Source: Cyanophora paradoxa CCMP329
Lineage: Eukaryota; Plantae; Glaucophyta
Reading direction: 5' to 3'
Assembly: GCA_004431415.1 (NCBI GenBank)
Contig: QPMI01000035.1
Coordinates: 62,001 to 126,000, forward strand
DNA length: 64,000 nt
In this document: in pieces, positions 1-12,340 of the stretch
Numbering within the stretch: the stretch's first letter is position 1
How the letters are laid out: the number at the start of each line of letters is the position of its first letter
Translations under genes and position numbers: made by a program
The notes under the pieces: generated by a model
Told to the model about the DNA's origin: nothing
Seen by the model: the letters and a program-made list of their open reading frames with translations, nothing else
The model's database searches: none

Positions 1-2376
1 GCCGCCGCCGCCGCGGGTGCGCCGCGCCACGTTCCCGCCACATTTCCGCCACATTTCCGATGGCGCGGGCGCAGACGCCGTCCCGTCCGCCACTGTGGAG
101 CGCCTCGCGAAGCTCGTCTCTCGGCTCGAGAAGTGGAAGAAGTCCCGGCACCTGGAGGCGAGCACCCCGCTCCCGCCCCGCCCCACCCCGCCCGGCCCGG
201 CCGGACGGCCCTCACCCCGCCCTCACCCCGCCCCGCCCCGCCCCAGGCCTACGCGAAGCTGAGGGGCGACTACATCCACGACTCGCTCCTGAAGCTGAGC
301 CCTAACAGGCGCGCTTGACCCCCCCCCTCCCCCTCCCCCCCTCCCCCTCCCCCCTCCCCTCCCCACCCCCCCGCCACACGAGCGAGCGTCACACAACATA
401 AGCATCTAAGCATCTAATACGAACACATGAAAAAAATCCTTTAGAGCAACTCCCGCCCCGCCCCGCCCGCCCCGCCCGCCCCGCCCTGCCCGCCCGCCCT
501 CGCTCCCTTCCGATGCCCTTGGCGCAGCATCGCGACGGGCGGCGTGGACGTCGAGTCGGCCGAGGGGGACGCGCCCTCCGCGTCGGCGTCCTTCAAGAAG
601 GGTACCCCCCGCCCCTCGTGTAGGGAGCGTGCTTGCGCGGGCCGCTCACTTAAGCTTCGCCGCAGGGCGGCGCGGGGGCAAGGACGAGGGCGCCGCGGCG
701 GCGGCGGCGGCGGCCGGCCCCTACCGCCGGGGCACGCACCGGGGCATCCGCCTCCTCCGCTGCTTCGCGGTCCTCCTCCAGTGCGAGGCGACCCTGGCCG
801 AGCGGCTCCTGGGCAGGCGCGCGGCCGAGGAGGGCGGGGCCCTCGCCGCCGCCGCCGAGCCGGCCGCGGGGCTCGTGCTGGGGACGGCCCGCCGCGTGGT
901 GCACGCGGCGGAGACGGCGGCCGGCGGGCGCGAGCACCTCTTCCCCCTCCTCGACCTCTTCGAGGCCTGCGAGCGGCTCCGGGGCGAGTGCCCCGCCCTC
1001 CAGTCCCTCCCCGACTTCGAGGAGGCGCGGGAAGCCCTCGCCCGGGCCGCCCTGACCCTCTACGGCTCCGTCGAGCAGGTCGTACCCCCCCTCCCCCCCC
1101 CCCCCCCATCCCCTGCCTGCTTCCCTTCGCTCTTTGCGATGCTTCGTTGACTCGTGAGGGGGTACGCAGGAGGTGGCGCGGCACCCCTCCTCCGTGAAGG
1201 ACGTACCCCCCGACGCCACCGTCCACGAGCTCGCGTCCACAGTACCCCCCTCCCTCCCCCCGCCCCTCCCCGCCACGCACCCCCGACCGCCCAGCAGACC
1301 CTGGCGTTTCTCCGCCGCCTCTGCGAGTTCGGCGACGCTGTACCCAGGCTGCTGGCCTCCCCGTTTGCGCGGGACGAGGCCGGGGGCTCGCGCCGGGCCG
1401 GCCGCGGCGGGAACGGCGGCGATCTGGCCTCCTACGTGGGTGAACGTTCCCCCGCCCTGCGCCCCGCGCCCCGCCGCGGGCGGCTAACAGGGGAGCGGGC
1501 GTCAGGGGGGGTACTGCGCGCCCTCGGCCGCAACATCGAGGAGAAGGCGGGGGCCTACCGCAGCGCCGCGCAGGCGAGCCTGGCCCCCTCTCCCACCCCC
1601 CCCCCCTCCGACTCTAAGATTCATGCGTACCCCCAGGGCTTCCTCTTCGCGGCGAACAACCAGAGCTACCTCGCGAAGCAGGCGGCGGCGGCCCCGCTGG
1701 CCCCCCTCCTGGGGCCCAAGACCGCCCAGTCCTTCGAGGCCGCCGCCGCCGCCTCCCTGAAACGCTACTACGAGGCCACGTGCGGGGCTCCCCCTACCCC
1801 CCTCCTCCTTCCTCCCCCCCCCCCCCCCCCCCCCCCCGATCGTCCTCGCCAGGTGCGGGGCGGCGCTGGCGTACGTGCGGGGCGACGTGGTGGGCAAGGA
1901 GGAGATCAAGGCGGCCTTCAAGGCGCGCTCGCTCACCTGAGCCCCGCCTGAGCCCCGCCTGAGCCCCGCCTGAGGCTCATCTGAGCAGGGCTTCAACGAG
2001 GCGCTGGCGGAGCAGGAGAGGGCGCAGGGCCGCTGGGCCGTCCCGACCCCGAGCTCCGCAGGCAGATCCGCCAGGTGCTACCCTCTTCCCCTTCCCCCCC
2101 CCCCCCCCCCCCCCCCCCCGCTCAGCTTACCTCACCTTACTTTGGGTGGGCGCAGGAGCTCGTGGCGGGGCGGCTGTTGCCGGCGTACAGGGCCTTCCAC
2201 GCCAAGTTCGCCTCCGTACCCTTCTCCAAGGCGCCCGCCCTGTACCCCCCCCCCCAACCCAACCCCCCCGGCTCAGCTTGCTTCGTTCGCAGCACCCGGA
2301 GAAGTACGTGAGGCACGCGCCGGGGGACCTCGCCGGCGTCGCCGCCCGCTTCTTCGACGACCCGGGCGGCGCCTAG
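1..2376 (+). CDS. EXO70: Exocyst subunit Exo70, copy A (5' part outside window; multi-exon)
   Basis: Spliced exons give the Exo70 C-terminus: IKAAFK|GFNEALAEQERAQGRWAVP(D)PELRRQIRQ|ELVAGRLLPAYRAFHAKFASVPFSK|HPEKYVRHAPGDLAGVAARFFDD, plus LFAANNQSYL. Stop TAG at 2374-2376. Some homopolymer indels. Confidence 0.88.
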
Positions 2377-2672
2377 GGCCCCTTTGCGGGCGCGGCGCCT
2401 TGCAAGCGCCCCCGGCCCGGCCCCGCCCCGCCCGGCCGCGGTAACGGCGCGCGGGGCCTTGGCCGCCGGGGCGGCGCCGCCGTCCGCTTCTTTGAAGGAG
2501 CGGAACGGCGCCTAGCAATAAGTCCGGCCGGGCGCCGGCGCGCGCGCGGCGGGCCGGCGCCGGCTCGTCGGTGCGAGTCGGATGGAGAGGGATCCGGAGA
2601 GGGCGTTCCACCGGGCCGAGCCGGGCTTCGAGGCTTCCCCCTGGGCCCGGTCCAGCGGGGTCCGAGGCTTCA

Positions 2673-2924
2673 AGATCCGCCAGGTGCTGCCCCTTTCTCC
2701 CCCCCTTTCTTCCCCCCCCCCCCCCCACTCCCCCGCGCCCGCCTTCCCCTCCCCCCTCCCCCCCCCTTTGCGTAGGTTAGCTGAGCTTCGCGCGGCTCGC
2801 TTCACTTTCCCTTAGTTTGGGTGGGCGCAGGAGCTCGTGGCGGGGCGGCTGTTGCCGGCGTACAGGGCCTTCCACGCCAAGTTTGCCTCCGTACCCTTCT
2901 CCAAGGCGCCCCCCCCTGTACCCC
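2673..2924 (+). repeat. Extra partial copy of Exo70 3' exon/intron segment
   Basis: agatccgccag|gtgct...cgcag GAGCTCGTGGCGGGGCGGCTGTTGCCGGCGTACAGG...ttctccaag|gcgccc is near-identical to 2064-2250. Confidence 0.85.
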
Positions 2925-3175
2925 CACCCGTTCATGATCAGCTGCTGTATATACATACATGTGTTTCCGGCTGAATATATGTTCAACGGTTGCCGCAGTG
3001 CCCCCTATCGCGGCGGGTCCAGGGACCACTGTGACCAGCTGGATCAGCTGCAGATTAATTAAAAGGAGCACCTTAAGATTGATCATGAAAAATTGCAGAT
3101 TGCGCATGCACTGCGGCAGTTGTACATGTCGACGTCAGGAAGCTTAAGCGCTTGAGGTGTGCGCACAACCCCCGC

Positions 3176-3210
<35 letters not shown>

Positions 3211-3331
3211 CTAACAACAGCTGCAGCAGCGTGTGCGTGATCATGATCATATATATAATGAATGTGATCATGAATCTGAACAGAAGAACAATATATACGA
3301 AGAAAGACTGGGGGCGCACGCGGCGCACCTC

Positions 3332-5642
3332 CTAGTCCGAGTCTGGCTCCTCCTGCTCCCATGGGGCCCGCCTCGTCCCATGGCGAATCGTGACGATGGG
3401 CAAGGCGCCCTGCTGCTTCTGAATTGCAGCGGTGTGCTCCATGCAGTACCGCCAGAACTGCCGGGGGCCGCAGCTGCCGTGGATCCAGCGGCGGCACCTC
3501 CGCTCCGTCGCCTTGCCACCCCTGACGCCCTTGACCGTCACCATGTACTGGCACCGCCCCTTGATGGTGCCCGGCCCGGGGATGGGGCAGCCCTCCGCCT
3601 TGCAGGTCTGCGCCGCCCATGTGCACGTGGCCGAGTGTGTAAGTGCAGGCGGCGTCGTCGGGAGGGGGGGGGGGGGGGGGCCGACTTTCGCAAGAGAGAC
3701 CTTACAGGCCTTCGCCTTCTCCGGCATCGGCGCCGTGCCGCGTGCGGCGGGGCCGGCGGGGGCAGAGGAGGAGGAGGAGGAGGAGGAGGAGGAGGAGGCA
3801 ATGAAGAAGGAGACGTTGGCCAGAAGACTCAGGGCACTCGGGTCGTTCATCATCATGTCAATGTGTCGGAGCTTCTCCCTGGCCACCTCCTCGAGCTCGT
3901 GGCGCTCGGCCGGCGGCTCCTCCTCCTTGAGGATGTCGAAGCTGCTGCCGTCGTCTTCGAAGTCCGCATCCTGCGACCCGGGAGCCACTCAAGGCCAAGC
4001 AACAGGGGGAGAGGGGCCGGGCAGGGACATGGGGCGCACTGGCCGCTGCCAGAACATGAACCGGTACCCGATGAACCTGTTGTTCATGGCCTCTTCGTCC
4101 GGTTCGATTGCACCTTCCTGCACCGGCACGCCTGAGCGCATGCCCGGCAGCGGCAGGCCGCGGGCCCGTGCACCTCCCACCACTGGAACGCGCACTGGTA
4201 GTGTGGCACAGTGAACACTGTTCCCTCGTAGGCACAGAAGACGCTGGAAGCGACTGCGGCGGGTAGCCAGCTCGGGCCCGGGCCGGGGCGGGGAGGGGGG
4301 GCGGTGGAGGAGTGGGAGGGGGGGGGGAGGGGGGGGAGGAGGAGGGGGGAAAGGGGGGGGGGGGGGGGCGGGGCCGGCGCTCTCACGACCAAGCTTGGGC
4401 AGCATCTCGATGCCCTCCCGAGTGAGGGTCGAGATGACGAGCGGGAGAACGGGCCGCTGGACGTCGTCCAGGTAGGGGTGGTGGCTGAGATGACAGAAGA
4501 TGCAGTCCTGCGCGCGCGGTGTGTGCGTGTGGCCATGGGCCCGTGGCGGTGAGCGCCCGCCGCCGGCAAGCGCACCAATGCACTTATACCGTGGCCGGCC
4601 TCGCGGTCCAGCTTGTCGATCACGAGCGAGAGCGCAGCGGGGGCACCCTCGCGGCCGCACACGGTGAAGCCCATCGGGCGGAGCGCGGCCAGCATGCAGG
4701 CCCTGATTTTGACAGGGGTGTCGGTGCCAGAAGTCTGCTTGAGATGCATCGTGAGCCCGCTAGCGCAACCTGGACACATCATGGTGTGGCACGTATGGCT
4801 GCGGGCAAGCCTCATGATCAGGTGGCGCGCAGGGCGCAGTACCGGCCGCACGCACCATTGCCAGCCGGTCTTTTGGGGGCAGAAGTAGCAGTGCGTTTTG
4901 ATCTCACCCTCGATGAGAATGTGCTTCCCATTGTTCGATCTGAATTGTACGTGATCGTCGTCGGCACTTGTCCACCGTCCCTCCTCCACGGCCTCTTGGA
5001 AGCCCTCGGGCGTATCTGCGGGGCCCCGGGGCGCCCGGTCGGGCGCCGGCGGGCGGGGCACGCGCCGACCGGCGCCACGCACCGGCGGGTTCGCCGGCGA
5101 TGTCGCCCACGATATCGTTGGTATCGTACTCGCCCTCCTTGCTCCGGACGAGCTGGATTTTCAGGCGGCCACCGCCCTCCAGCTCCAAGCAAGTGAAGTA
5201 GTACGGGCGCTTCGGCGTGCAGGCGCTCAGCTTCTCTAGCGCGTCGGTCATCCGGTAGAACTTGGCTTCGTCGCCCGTGCCTGCAGCGGCAGCGCGCGCG
5301 CGTGAGCTCGAGGAGTGCGCACTAGTACTGCGGCATGTATATGCGCATGCATATGCGCGCGCGCGCCCGAGCGGGCGCGCGGCCGCGCGCGCGGTACCGA
5401 CCTTCGGCAGCGAGTGCACGATTCTTCAGCACTCTCAGGTCATCATTGGTCACCTTCGGGGCCGTCTTGAGTCCCAGGGGAAGCCGACCTGCGGCTGACA
5501 TCGACCGGCCGCGGCCGGACGGCGGGGTGACTCAGTGAGAGACATGTACAGCGCGCGCGGGCACGCTCGGAAAGGCACCACGATACGCACTCGATGCGCG
5601 CTGCTGCCTGGCCGCGCTCCGGCTTCGTTTGCCGGGGGCCAT
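3332..5642 (-). CDS. Hypothetical multi-exon Cys/His-rich (putative zinc-binding) protein
   Basis: Non-repetitive exon-like ORF pieces: KTHCYFCPQKTGWQW, HTCHTMMCPGCASG, DCIFCHLSHH, and C-terminal CKAEGC...GRCQY...CRRWIHGSCG...YCMEH (PHD-like spacing). Start is uncertain. Confidence 0.45.
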
Positions 5643-6468
5643 ACTTGACCGCGGCGGCCCGAGCTCGAGCTGGCGGTCGCGGGCAGCGGCGAGCAGCAAC
5701 CACTCCAGGCCGGATACTAGTATCGATGGCCCGTTACTCGAGGACATATCGCCGGCCGGCGCCACAACGTTAACCGGCCGAGGAGGCCCTCGGAGGGTGG
5801 TAGCCACTGGTAGGGGTACCATGGCCGGCGCCAGTGACAGCGTCTTCAGGGAAGTTCAGGCCCTGCTCATGATCAGGCATATGCATGAGGGCTTGCTAGC
5901 TCCATCAAGGCCATATTCAATAATTCAATTCTTCATATCATAGTATGTCCTAAGCTTAATCGTATATATATACGTACGTACTATGATGTATATATAGATC
6001 ACGGATAGCTTATATAATTATAAGACGTCGTTAATTTTAACGTTTAATTCCGAAGTCATCTATATATAAATAAAGCTTAATATTAATTAAGACGTCGTTT
6101 AATTCCGAATTCGATTTGTTTTGGTGAATTACCGGCCAGTCGGCGACTCGATCGGCGGCCACAGTCTCTAGTAGTGACTCTCTAGTAGTCTCTACTGACT
6201 CTCTATAGACCCAAATTCGAAGTTATCATCATGGCATGGATTGCAATCGCAATTGCTATATATATGTATATGATTGCATCAATTTGCATGTTCATGATTG
6301 CCCGGCCCCAAGGCCCAGGCGCATGCGCGGAGGCGGGGCCTAGCCTCCTAGCCTAGTCCTAGGCCTGGCGGGCTCGAGCTCGCGGTCCCTGTCTGTCTAC
6401 AATGACTCTACATGTACAATATCCGAACTTCGGAATTCGGAATTCAAGCTCGGCGCGCGCGATCGGCG

Positions 6469-8125
6469 CTATCTGTTCAGCTTGTCGACGGAGACGCTGA
6501 TGGGCCCCCCCCGGAGCCCCCGCAGGGCGTCGCGGGCGACCTGCGGGAGGGCGAGTTCCGCCACGGGGCCCAGGCGGAGCGTGAGGGGCGCGCGGCGCCG
6601 GGGGCGGGCGGCGGCGACGGCGGCGGGGTCCTCGAAGAGGGGGCAGGGCGAGAAGGCGGCCAGGGCGGCGAGGGAGGGCAGGGCGAGCAGGCGCCGCAGG
6701 AAGGCGGCCGGGAGGGGGTTCGCCCCGGCGTCCAGGCGGGCGGCGCGGAGGGCGGGGGGCGCCGCCGCGTCGGCGAGGGCGGCGGCGGCGGCGGCGCTGC
6801 AGGTGAGGCGGAGGGCGCGGAGGTGGGCGAGGCGGGGCAGGGCGGCGGCGAGGGCGGCGGGGCCCGGGCCGGCGGGGAGGTCCGCGAGGAGGACCAGGCG
6901 TGCGAGGGTCGCCCCTGCCGAGCCCAGCGCGTCGATCTCGGCGGCGGGGGCCCCCGGGGCGAGGCGCAGGTCCAAGGCCTCCAGCGGCGGCGGGCCCGAG
7001 AGGAACGAGAGGGCGGAGAGGCGGGCGCGCAGGCGCAGGGAGCGGAGGCGGGGCAGGCGGCCCAGGGGGGCCTCCTCCCCCGGGGCGAGGGTCGGCCAGG
7101 TCTCCATCCCGTCGCCCCGACCGGAAGCTTCGGGGGTACGAGTCAGCTCTTTTGGGGGGTACGGGAGGGGGCCGGGGGAAGGTGGGGGATGTCCGAGCTC
7201 ACCTGATTTCTAGGCACTGGAGGAGCGGGAGGGAGGCGAGGGGGGCGAGGAGGGGACCGGCGAGGCCGCCGGGGGGTACCAGGAGGGGGGCGTGGAGGGC
7301 GCGGAGGGTACCCCCGCGGGAGGAGGCGAGGGCGGCGAGCTGCTCGTGCGCGAGGGGTACGCCGCTGAGGCGGAGGGATTCGAGGCGGGGAGGGCGGCGA
7401 TGCGGAGGAGGTCGGCGGGGGCCGCCGCGAGGCACCCCTCGGAGAGCGCGAGCTCGAGGCGTCGGAGGCCCGGCATCGCCGGGAGCGCCGCGAGGACGGC
7501 CTCCAGGGCGGCGGGCGGCGGGCCCGCGCACCACTCGAGCTCCACGCGGAGCTCCTCAAGCGCCGGGCAGAGCGCCAGGGCGGCTGCGACGGCCTCCGCC
7601 GTCGCCGCCGGGCCGGGGCCGGCGGGAATTTCCCGCAGCTCCACCGCCCGAAGCGCCGCCCAGTCGGGCGCGCGGCCGGAGAAACACGCGAGCGCCGCAG
7701 GTCGGCCATCCTTGTCTTTCTTGCCGCAGTTCAAGCTGATGCGCTCGATCGTGCACGGCTCGCGGAGTGCGCGCCGGAAGCGGCGACACACGCGCTCGAG
7801 CAGGGCGGTCCGCGCCGCTGCAAACGCGTGAATCCGCGAGCGTACGCAGGGCTGTGGGCCAGCAGCGCTGGTCGGGGGTCTGGGGTCATCGGATCGCACC
7901 TTCTTGATAGATGTAGCGTTCTTCGTCGAAAAGGCTGGCACACGCGCATTCGTCGAAGCTCTCTTCCGCTGTCGAATCCGCGGGCCCACGGCCGCTGGGC
8001 GCTGGCTTGGCGGCGAGGCGGAGGATGAGCGCGAGGACCGCGTCGGGGAGGTCGAGCAGGCCCGTGCGCGGCCTCCCGTCGCGTTGCCCTTTGCGCGCCG
8101 CGGCACGCTGTTTTACGTATAACAT
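6469..8125 (-). CDS. F-box / leucine-rich-repeat protein (multi-exon)
   Basis: N-terminal LLDLPDAVLALILRL...LERVCRRFRRAL F-box motif followed by LRR-like units (CPALEELRVEL, PGLRRLELAL, LESLRLSG, LPRLRSLRL, LAHLRALRL). Confidence 0.72.
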
Positions 8126-8397
8126 CACGCTCGAGCCGTCACTTCAAAGTCGCACTACCCCCCACCAGAGCAGCCAGCTGCAGCCTGCAGACTGCAGCTG
8201 CTAGCAGGAAGCGCAGACCACCAGCACATCAGGCGTGTTCGACGCAGGCAGCCAGCCCGTGGCGAACGCCAACACGAGCGCTCGGCCCGCAAGCCAGCCC
8301 ACGAGCCCCCACCAGGCCAAAGCGATCGGCTTGAGCACCGGAAGCGCGTTTTCTGGCGCCGAGGGCGCGTTGATCGAGGCGGCGCTCGCTGCGTGGT

Positions 8398-11292
8398 ATG
8401 GCAGCGCCGCCATGCACCGAGCAGCAGCTCGCCGAGGACCGCGAGAAGATCCGGGCATTCCGCGCGAACCTGGACCGTTATGCAGACATCACGAGCGGCA
8501 TGGTCAGCCGCGTTGAGCCACGGCGCACGGACTCGCGCGCTGAGCCGCAGTGTACGCGCAGGTCAAAGTCCTCTCATCGTTCGAGACGCGCCTGCAGGAG
8601 CTGGACGACATCATTACGCCTCTGCATGAGATCACGCAGGGCGCCTCGCTCGCCCACCAGAGTACGCCCGTCGAAGGAATGTGAAGTGGGCCGAGCGCGG
8701 CTCACGCGCGAGCAGACATCGAGCAGACCATCTCGCAAGTGGAGTCGATTCTCTCGCGCTTCGACGCGCAAAACGAAGTCGGCCCGCGCATTTTGAAAGG
8801 GTGCGCCCGTCCCTGCGCCTCGCCGCGCCGCCGAAGCTAAAGCCGACGCCGCGCAGCATCGGGAGCGACCTGGACGGGTACCTCGCCGCGGTGGACAAGG
8901 TCCGCGAGACGCTCCTCTTCTTCAACAAGAACGAGGACATCGGAGGGGCCGACTCGGCCGCCGCCACGCTCGTGCGCGCCCGCGCCCCCGCCCCCGCCGC
9001 CCCCGCCGCGCCCTCACCCGCGCCGCGCGCCGCGCAGCGTGAGCTGCAGAGCCGCGCCCTTCGGGAGCTGGAGGACGACTTCAAGAAGACGCTCGCCAAG
9101 GTCGGCGGTCCTTTGCACTACGTAGCCGCCGCCGCCGCCACCCACGCACGCCCCCCTCGCAGATCAGCAACGCAGGGGATCCCACGCGGCTCCTGACTGG
9201 CGCCGAGGGCGAGGCGGCCTCCGCCGCCGCGGCGGCGGGTGCGCCGTGCCACATTCCCGTGACGTCTCCGCCACATTTCCGATGGCGCGGGCGCAGACGC
9301 CGTCCCGTCCGCCACTGTGGAGCGCCTCGCGAAGCTCGTCTCTCGGCTCGAGAAGTGGAAGAAGTCCCGGCACCTGGAGGCGAGCACCCCGCTCCCGCCC
9401 CGCCCCACCCCGCCCGGCCCGGCCGGACGGCCCTCACCCCGCCCTCACCCCGCCCCGCCCCGCCCCAGGCCTACGCGAAGCTGAGGGCGACTACATCCAC
9501 GACTCGCTCCTGAAGCTGAGCCCTAACAGGCGCGCTTGACCCCCCCCCTCCCCCTCCCCCCCTCCCCTCCCCCCTCCCTCCCCACCCCCCCGCCACACGA
9601 GCGAGCGTCACACAACATAAGCATCTAAGCATCTAATACGAACACATGAAAAAAATCCTTTAGAGCAACTCCCGCCCCGCCCCGCCCCGCCCCGCCCCGC
9701 CCCGCCCTGCCCCGCCCGCCCTCGCTCCCTTCCGATGCCCTTGGCGCAGCATCGCGACGGGCGGCGTGGACGTCGAGTCGGCCGAGGGGGACGCGCCCTC
9801 CGCGTCGGCGTCCTTCAAGAAGGGTACCCCCCGCCCCTCGTGTAGGGAGCGTGCTTGCGCGGGCCGCTCACTTAAGCTTCGCCGCAGGGCGGCGCGGGGG
9901 CAAGGACGAGGGCGCCGCGGCGGCGGCGGCGGCGGCCGGCCCCTACCGCCGGGGCACGCACCGGGGCATCCGCCTCCTCCGCTGCTTCGCGGTCCTCCTC
10001 CAGTGCGAGGCGACCCTGGCCGAGCGGCTCCTGGCAGGCGCGCGGCCGAGGAGGGCGGGGCCCTCGCCGCCGCCGCCGAGCCGGCCGCGGGCTCGTGCTG
10101 GGACGGCCCGCCGCGTGGTGCACGCGGCGGAGACGGCGGCCGGCGGGCGCGAGCACCTCTTCCCCTCCTCGACCTCTTCGAGGCCTGCGAGCGGCTCCGG
10201 GCGAGTGCCCGCCCTCCAGTCCCTCCCCGACTTCGAGGAGGCGCGGGAAGCCCTCGCCCGGGCCGCCCTGACCCTCTACGCTCCGTCGAGCAGGTCGTAC
10301 CCCCTTCCCCCCCCCCCCCCATCCCCTGCCTGCTTCCCTTCGCTCTTTGCGATGCTTCGTGGACTCGTGAGGGGTACGCAGGAGGTGGCGCGGCACCCCT
10401 CCTCCGTGAAGGACGTACCCCCGACGCCACCGTCCACGAGCTCGCGTCCACAGTACCCCCTCCCTCCCCCGCCCCTCCCCGCCACGCACCCCGACCGCCC
10501 AGCAGACCCTGGCGTTTCTCCGCCGCCTCTGCGAGTTCGGCGACGCTGTACCCAGGCTGCTGGCCTCCCCGTTTGCGCGGGACGAGGCCGGGGGCTCGCG
10601 CCGGGCCGGCCGCGGCGGGAACGGCGGCGATCTGGCCTCCTACGTGGGTGAACGTTCCCCCGCCCTGCGCCCGCGCCCCGCCGCGGGCGGCTAACAGGGG
10701 AGCGGGCGTCAGGGGGGTACTGCGCGCCCTCGGCCGCAACATCGAGGAGAAGGCGGGGCCTACCGCAGCGCCGCGCAGGCGAGCCTGGCCCCTCTCCCAC
10801 CCCCCCCTCCGACTCTAAGATTCATGCGTACCCCAGGGCTTCCTCTTCGCGGCGAACAACCAGAGCTACTCGCGAAGCAGGCGGCGGCGGCCCCGCTGGC
10901 CCCCTCCTGGGCCCAAGACCGCCCAGTCCTTCGAGGCCGCCGCCGCCGCCTCCCTGAAACGCTACTACGAGGCCACGTGCGGGCTCCCCTACCCCTCCTC
11001 CTTCCTCTCCTCCTCCCCCCCCCCCCCCCCCCCCCCCCCCCCGATCGTCCTCGCCAGGTGCGGGCGGCGCTGGCGTACGTGCGGGGCGACGTGGTGGGCA
11101 AGGAGGAGATCAAGGCGGCCTTCAAGGCGCGCTCGCTCACCTGAGCCCCGCCTGAGCCCCGCCTGAGCCCCGCCTGAGGCTCATCTGAGCAGGGCTTCAA
11201 CGAGGCGCTGGCGGAGCAGGAGAGGGCGCAGGGCCGCTGGGCCGTCCCCGACCCCGAGCTCCGCAGGCAGATCCGCCAGGTGCTACCCTTCT

Positions 11293-11332
<40 letters not shown>

Positions 11333-11529
11333 CTCAGCTTACCTCACCTTACTTTGGGCGGGCGCAGGAGCTCGTGGCGGGGCGGCTGCTGCCGGCGTAC
11401 AGGGCCTTCCACGCCAAGTTCGCCTCCGTACCCTTCTCCAAGGCGCCAGCCCTGTACCCCCCGGCCCCGCCCGCCCCCCGGCTCGCCGGCGTCGCCGCCC
11501 GCTTCTTCGACGACCCGGGCGGCGCCTAG
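8398..11529 (+). CDS. EXO70: Exocyst subunit Exo70, copy B (full span; last exon start deleted, several indels)
   Basis: N-terminus MAAPPCTEQQLAEDREKIRAFRANLDRYADITSGM|VKVLSSFETRLQELDDIITPLHEITQ... and IGSDLDGYLAAVDKVRETLLFF...RALRELEDDFKKTL are typical of Exo70. 9222-11756 is near-identical to 1-2604. Confidence 0.85.
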
Positions 11530-11756
11530 GGCCCCTTTGCGGGCGCGGCGCCTTGCGAGCGCCCCCGGCCCGGCCCGGCCCCGCCCGGCCGCGGTAACGG
11601 CGCGCGGGGCCTTGGCCGCCGGGGCGGCGCCGCCGTCCGCTTCTTTGAAGGAGCGGAACGGCGCCTAGCAATAAGTCCGGCCGGGCGCCGGCGCGCGCGC
11701 GGCGGGCCGGCGCCGGCTCGTCGGTGCGAGTCGGATGGAGAGGGATCCGGAGAGGG
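9222..11756 (+). repeat. Segmental direct duplicate of 1-2604 (Exo70 locus)
   Basis: Exons and introns align throughout. Homology ends after ggatccggagaggg in both copies. Confidence 0.92.
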
Positions 11757-12340
11757 GGCCGCACGCGGCTCACCGCCGCTCACTGAGTCACGCCGTCACC
11801 GGCATGACGCGGCATCCGGGCGCCGCGGCCGCGGCCGCCGCCGCGCCGGGCGGCATGACGCCGGCATCATGCCGGCATGACTCAACCTGAGCCTTTTTCC
11901 GCGATTTGAATCCGAAACTCATTTCACGTTCCGACTTCAAAGGATTGGGGTACCGGCACGCACAAACTGTACAGCGAACCGGTCAGGCAGCGGGGTACGA
12001 CGACGCACGGGGCCGCCCTTTATACCTGCAGAAGTCGACTCCCGCCAACTTCGATCTACTGTGAGCAGTTACTGACGCCATCCGCGCACGGGCGCCCAGC
12101 CGCGCATACGAGCTTCATCCAGTCTCGCAGTGATTCCCGAGCGAGGAGAAGCATCCTGGAGGCCTTGGCCGCAGCCCCCGAGCCCAGCGCGCACCTCCAG
12201 CCGATCCTCCGTTTCTCGTGTGTCGGGTAAATTGCAGAGGCGCGCACGAAGCCTACCAGAGCTGCGCAAAGGCCAGCAGAGCTCCAGAGGAGCACGGGCA
12301 CTGCGGGAAGACCGCGCGCGACCCAGCTGCGAATCCTGCG

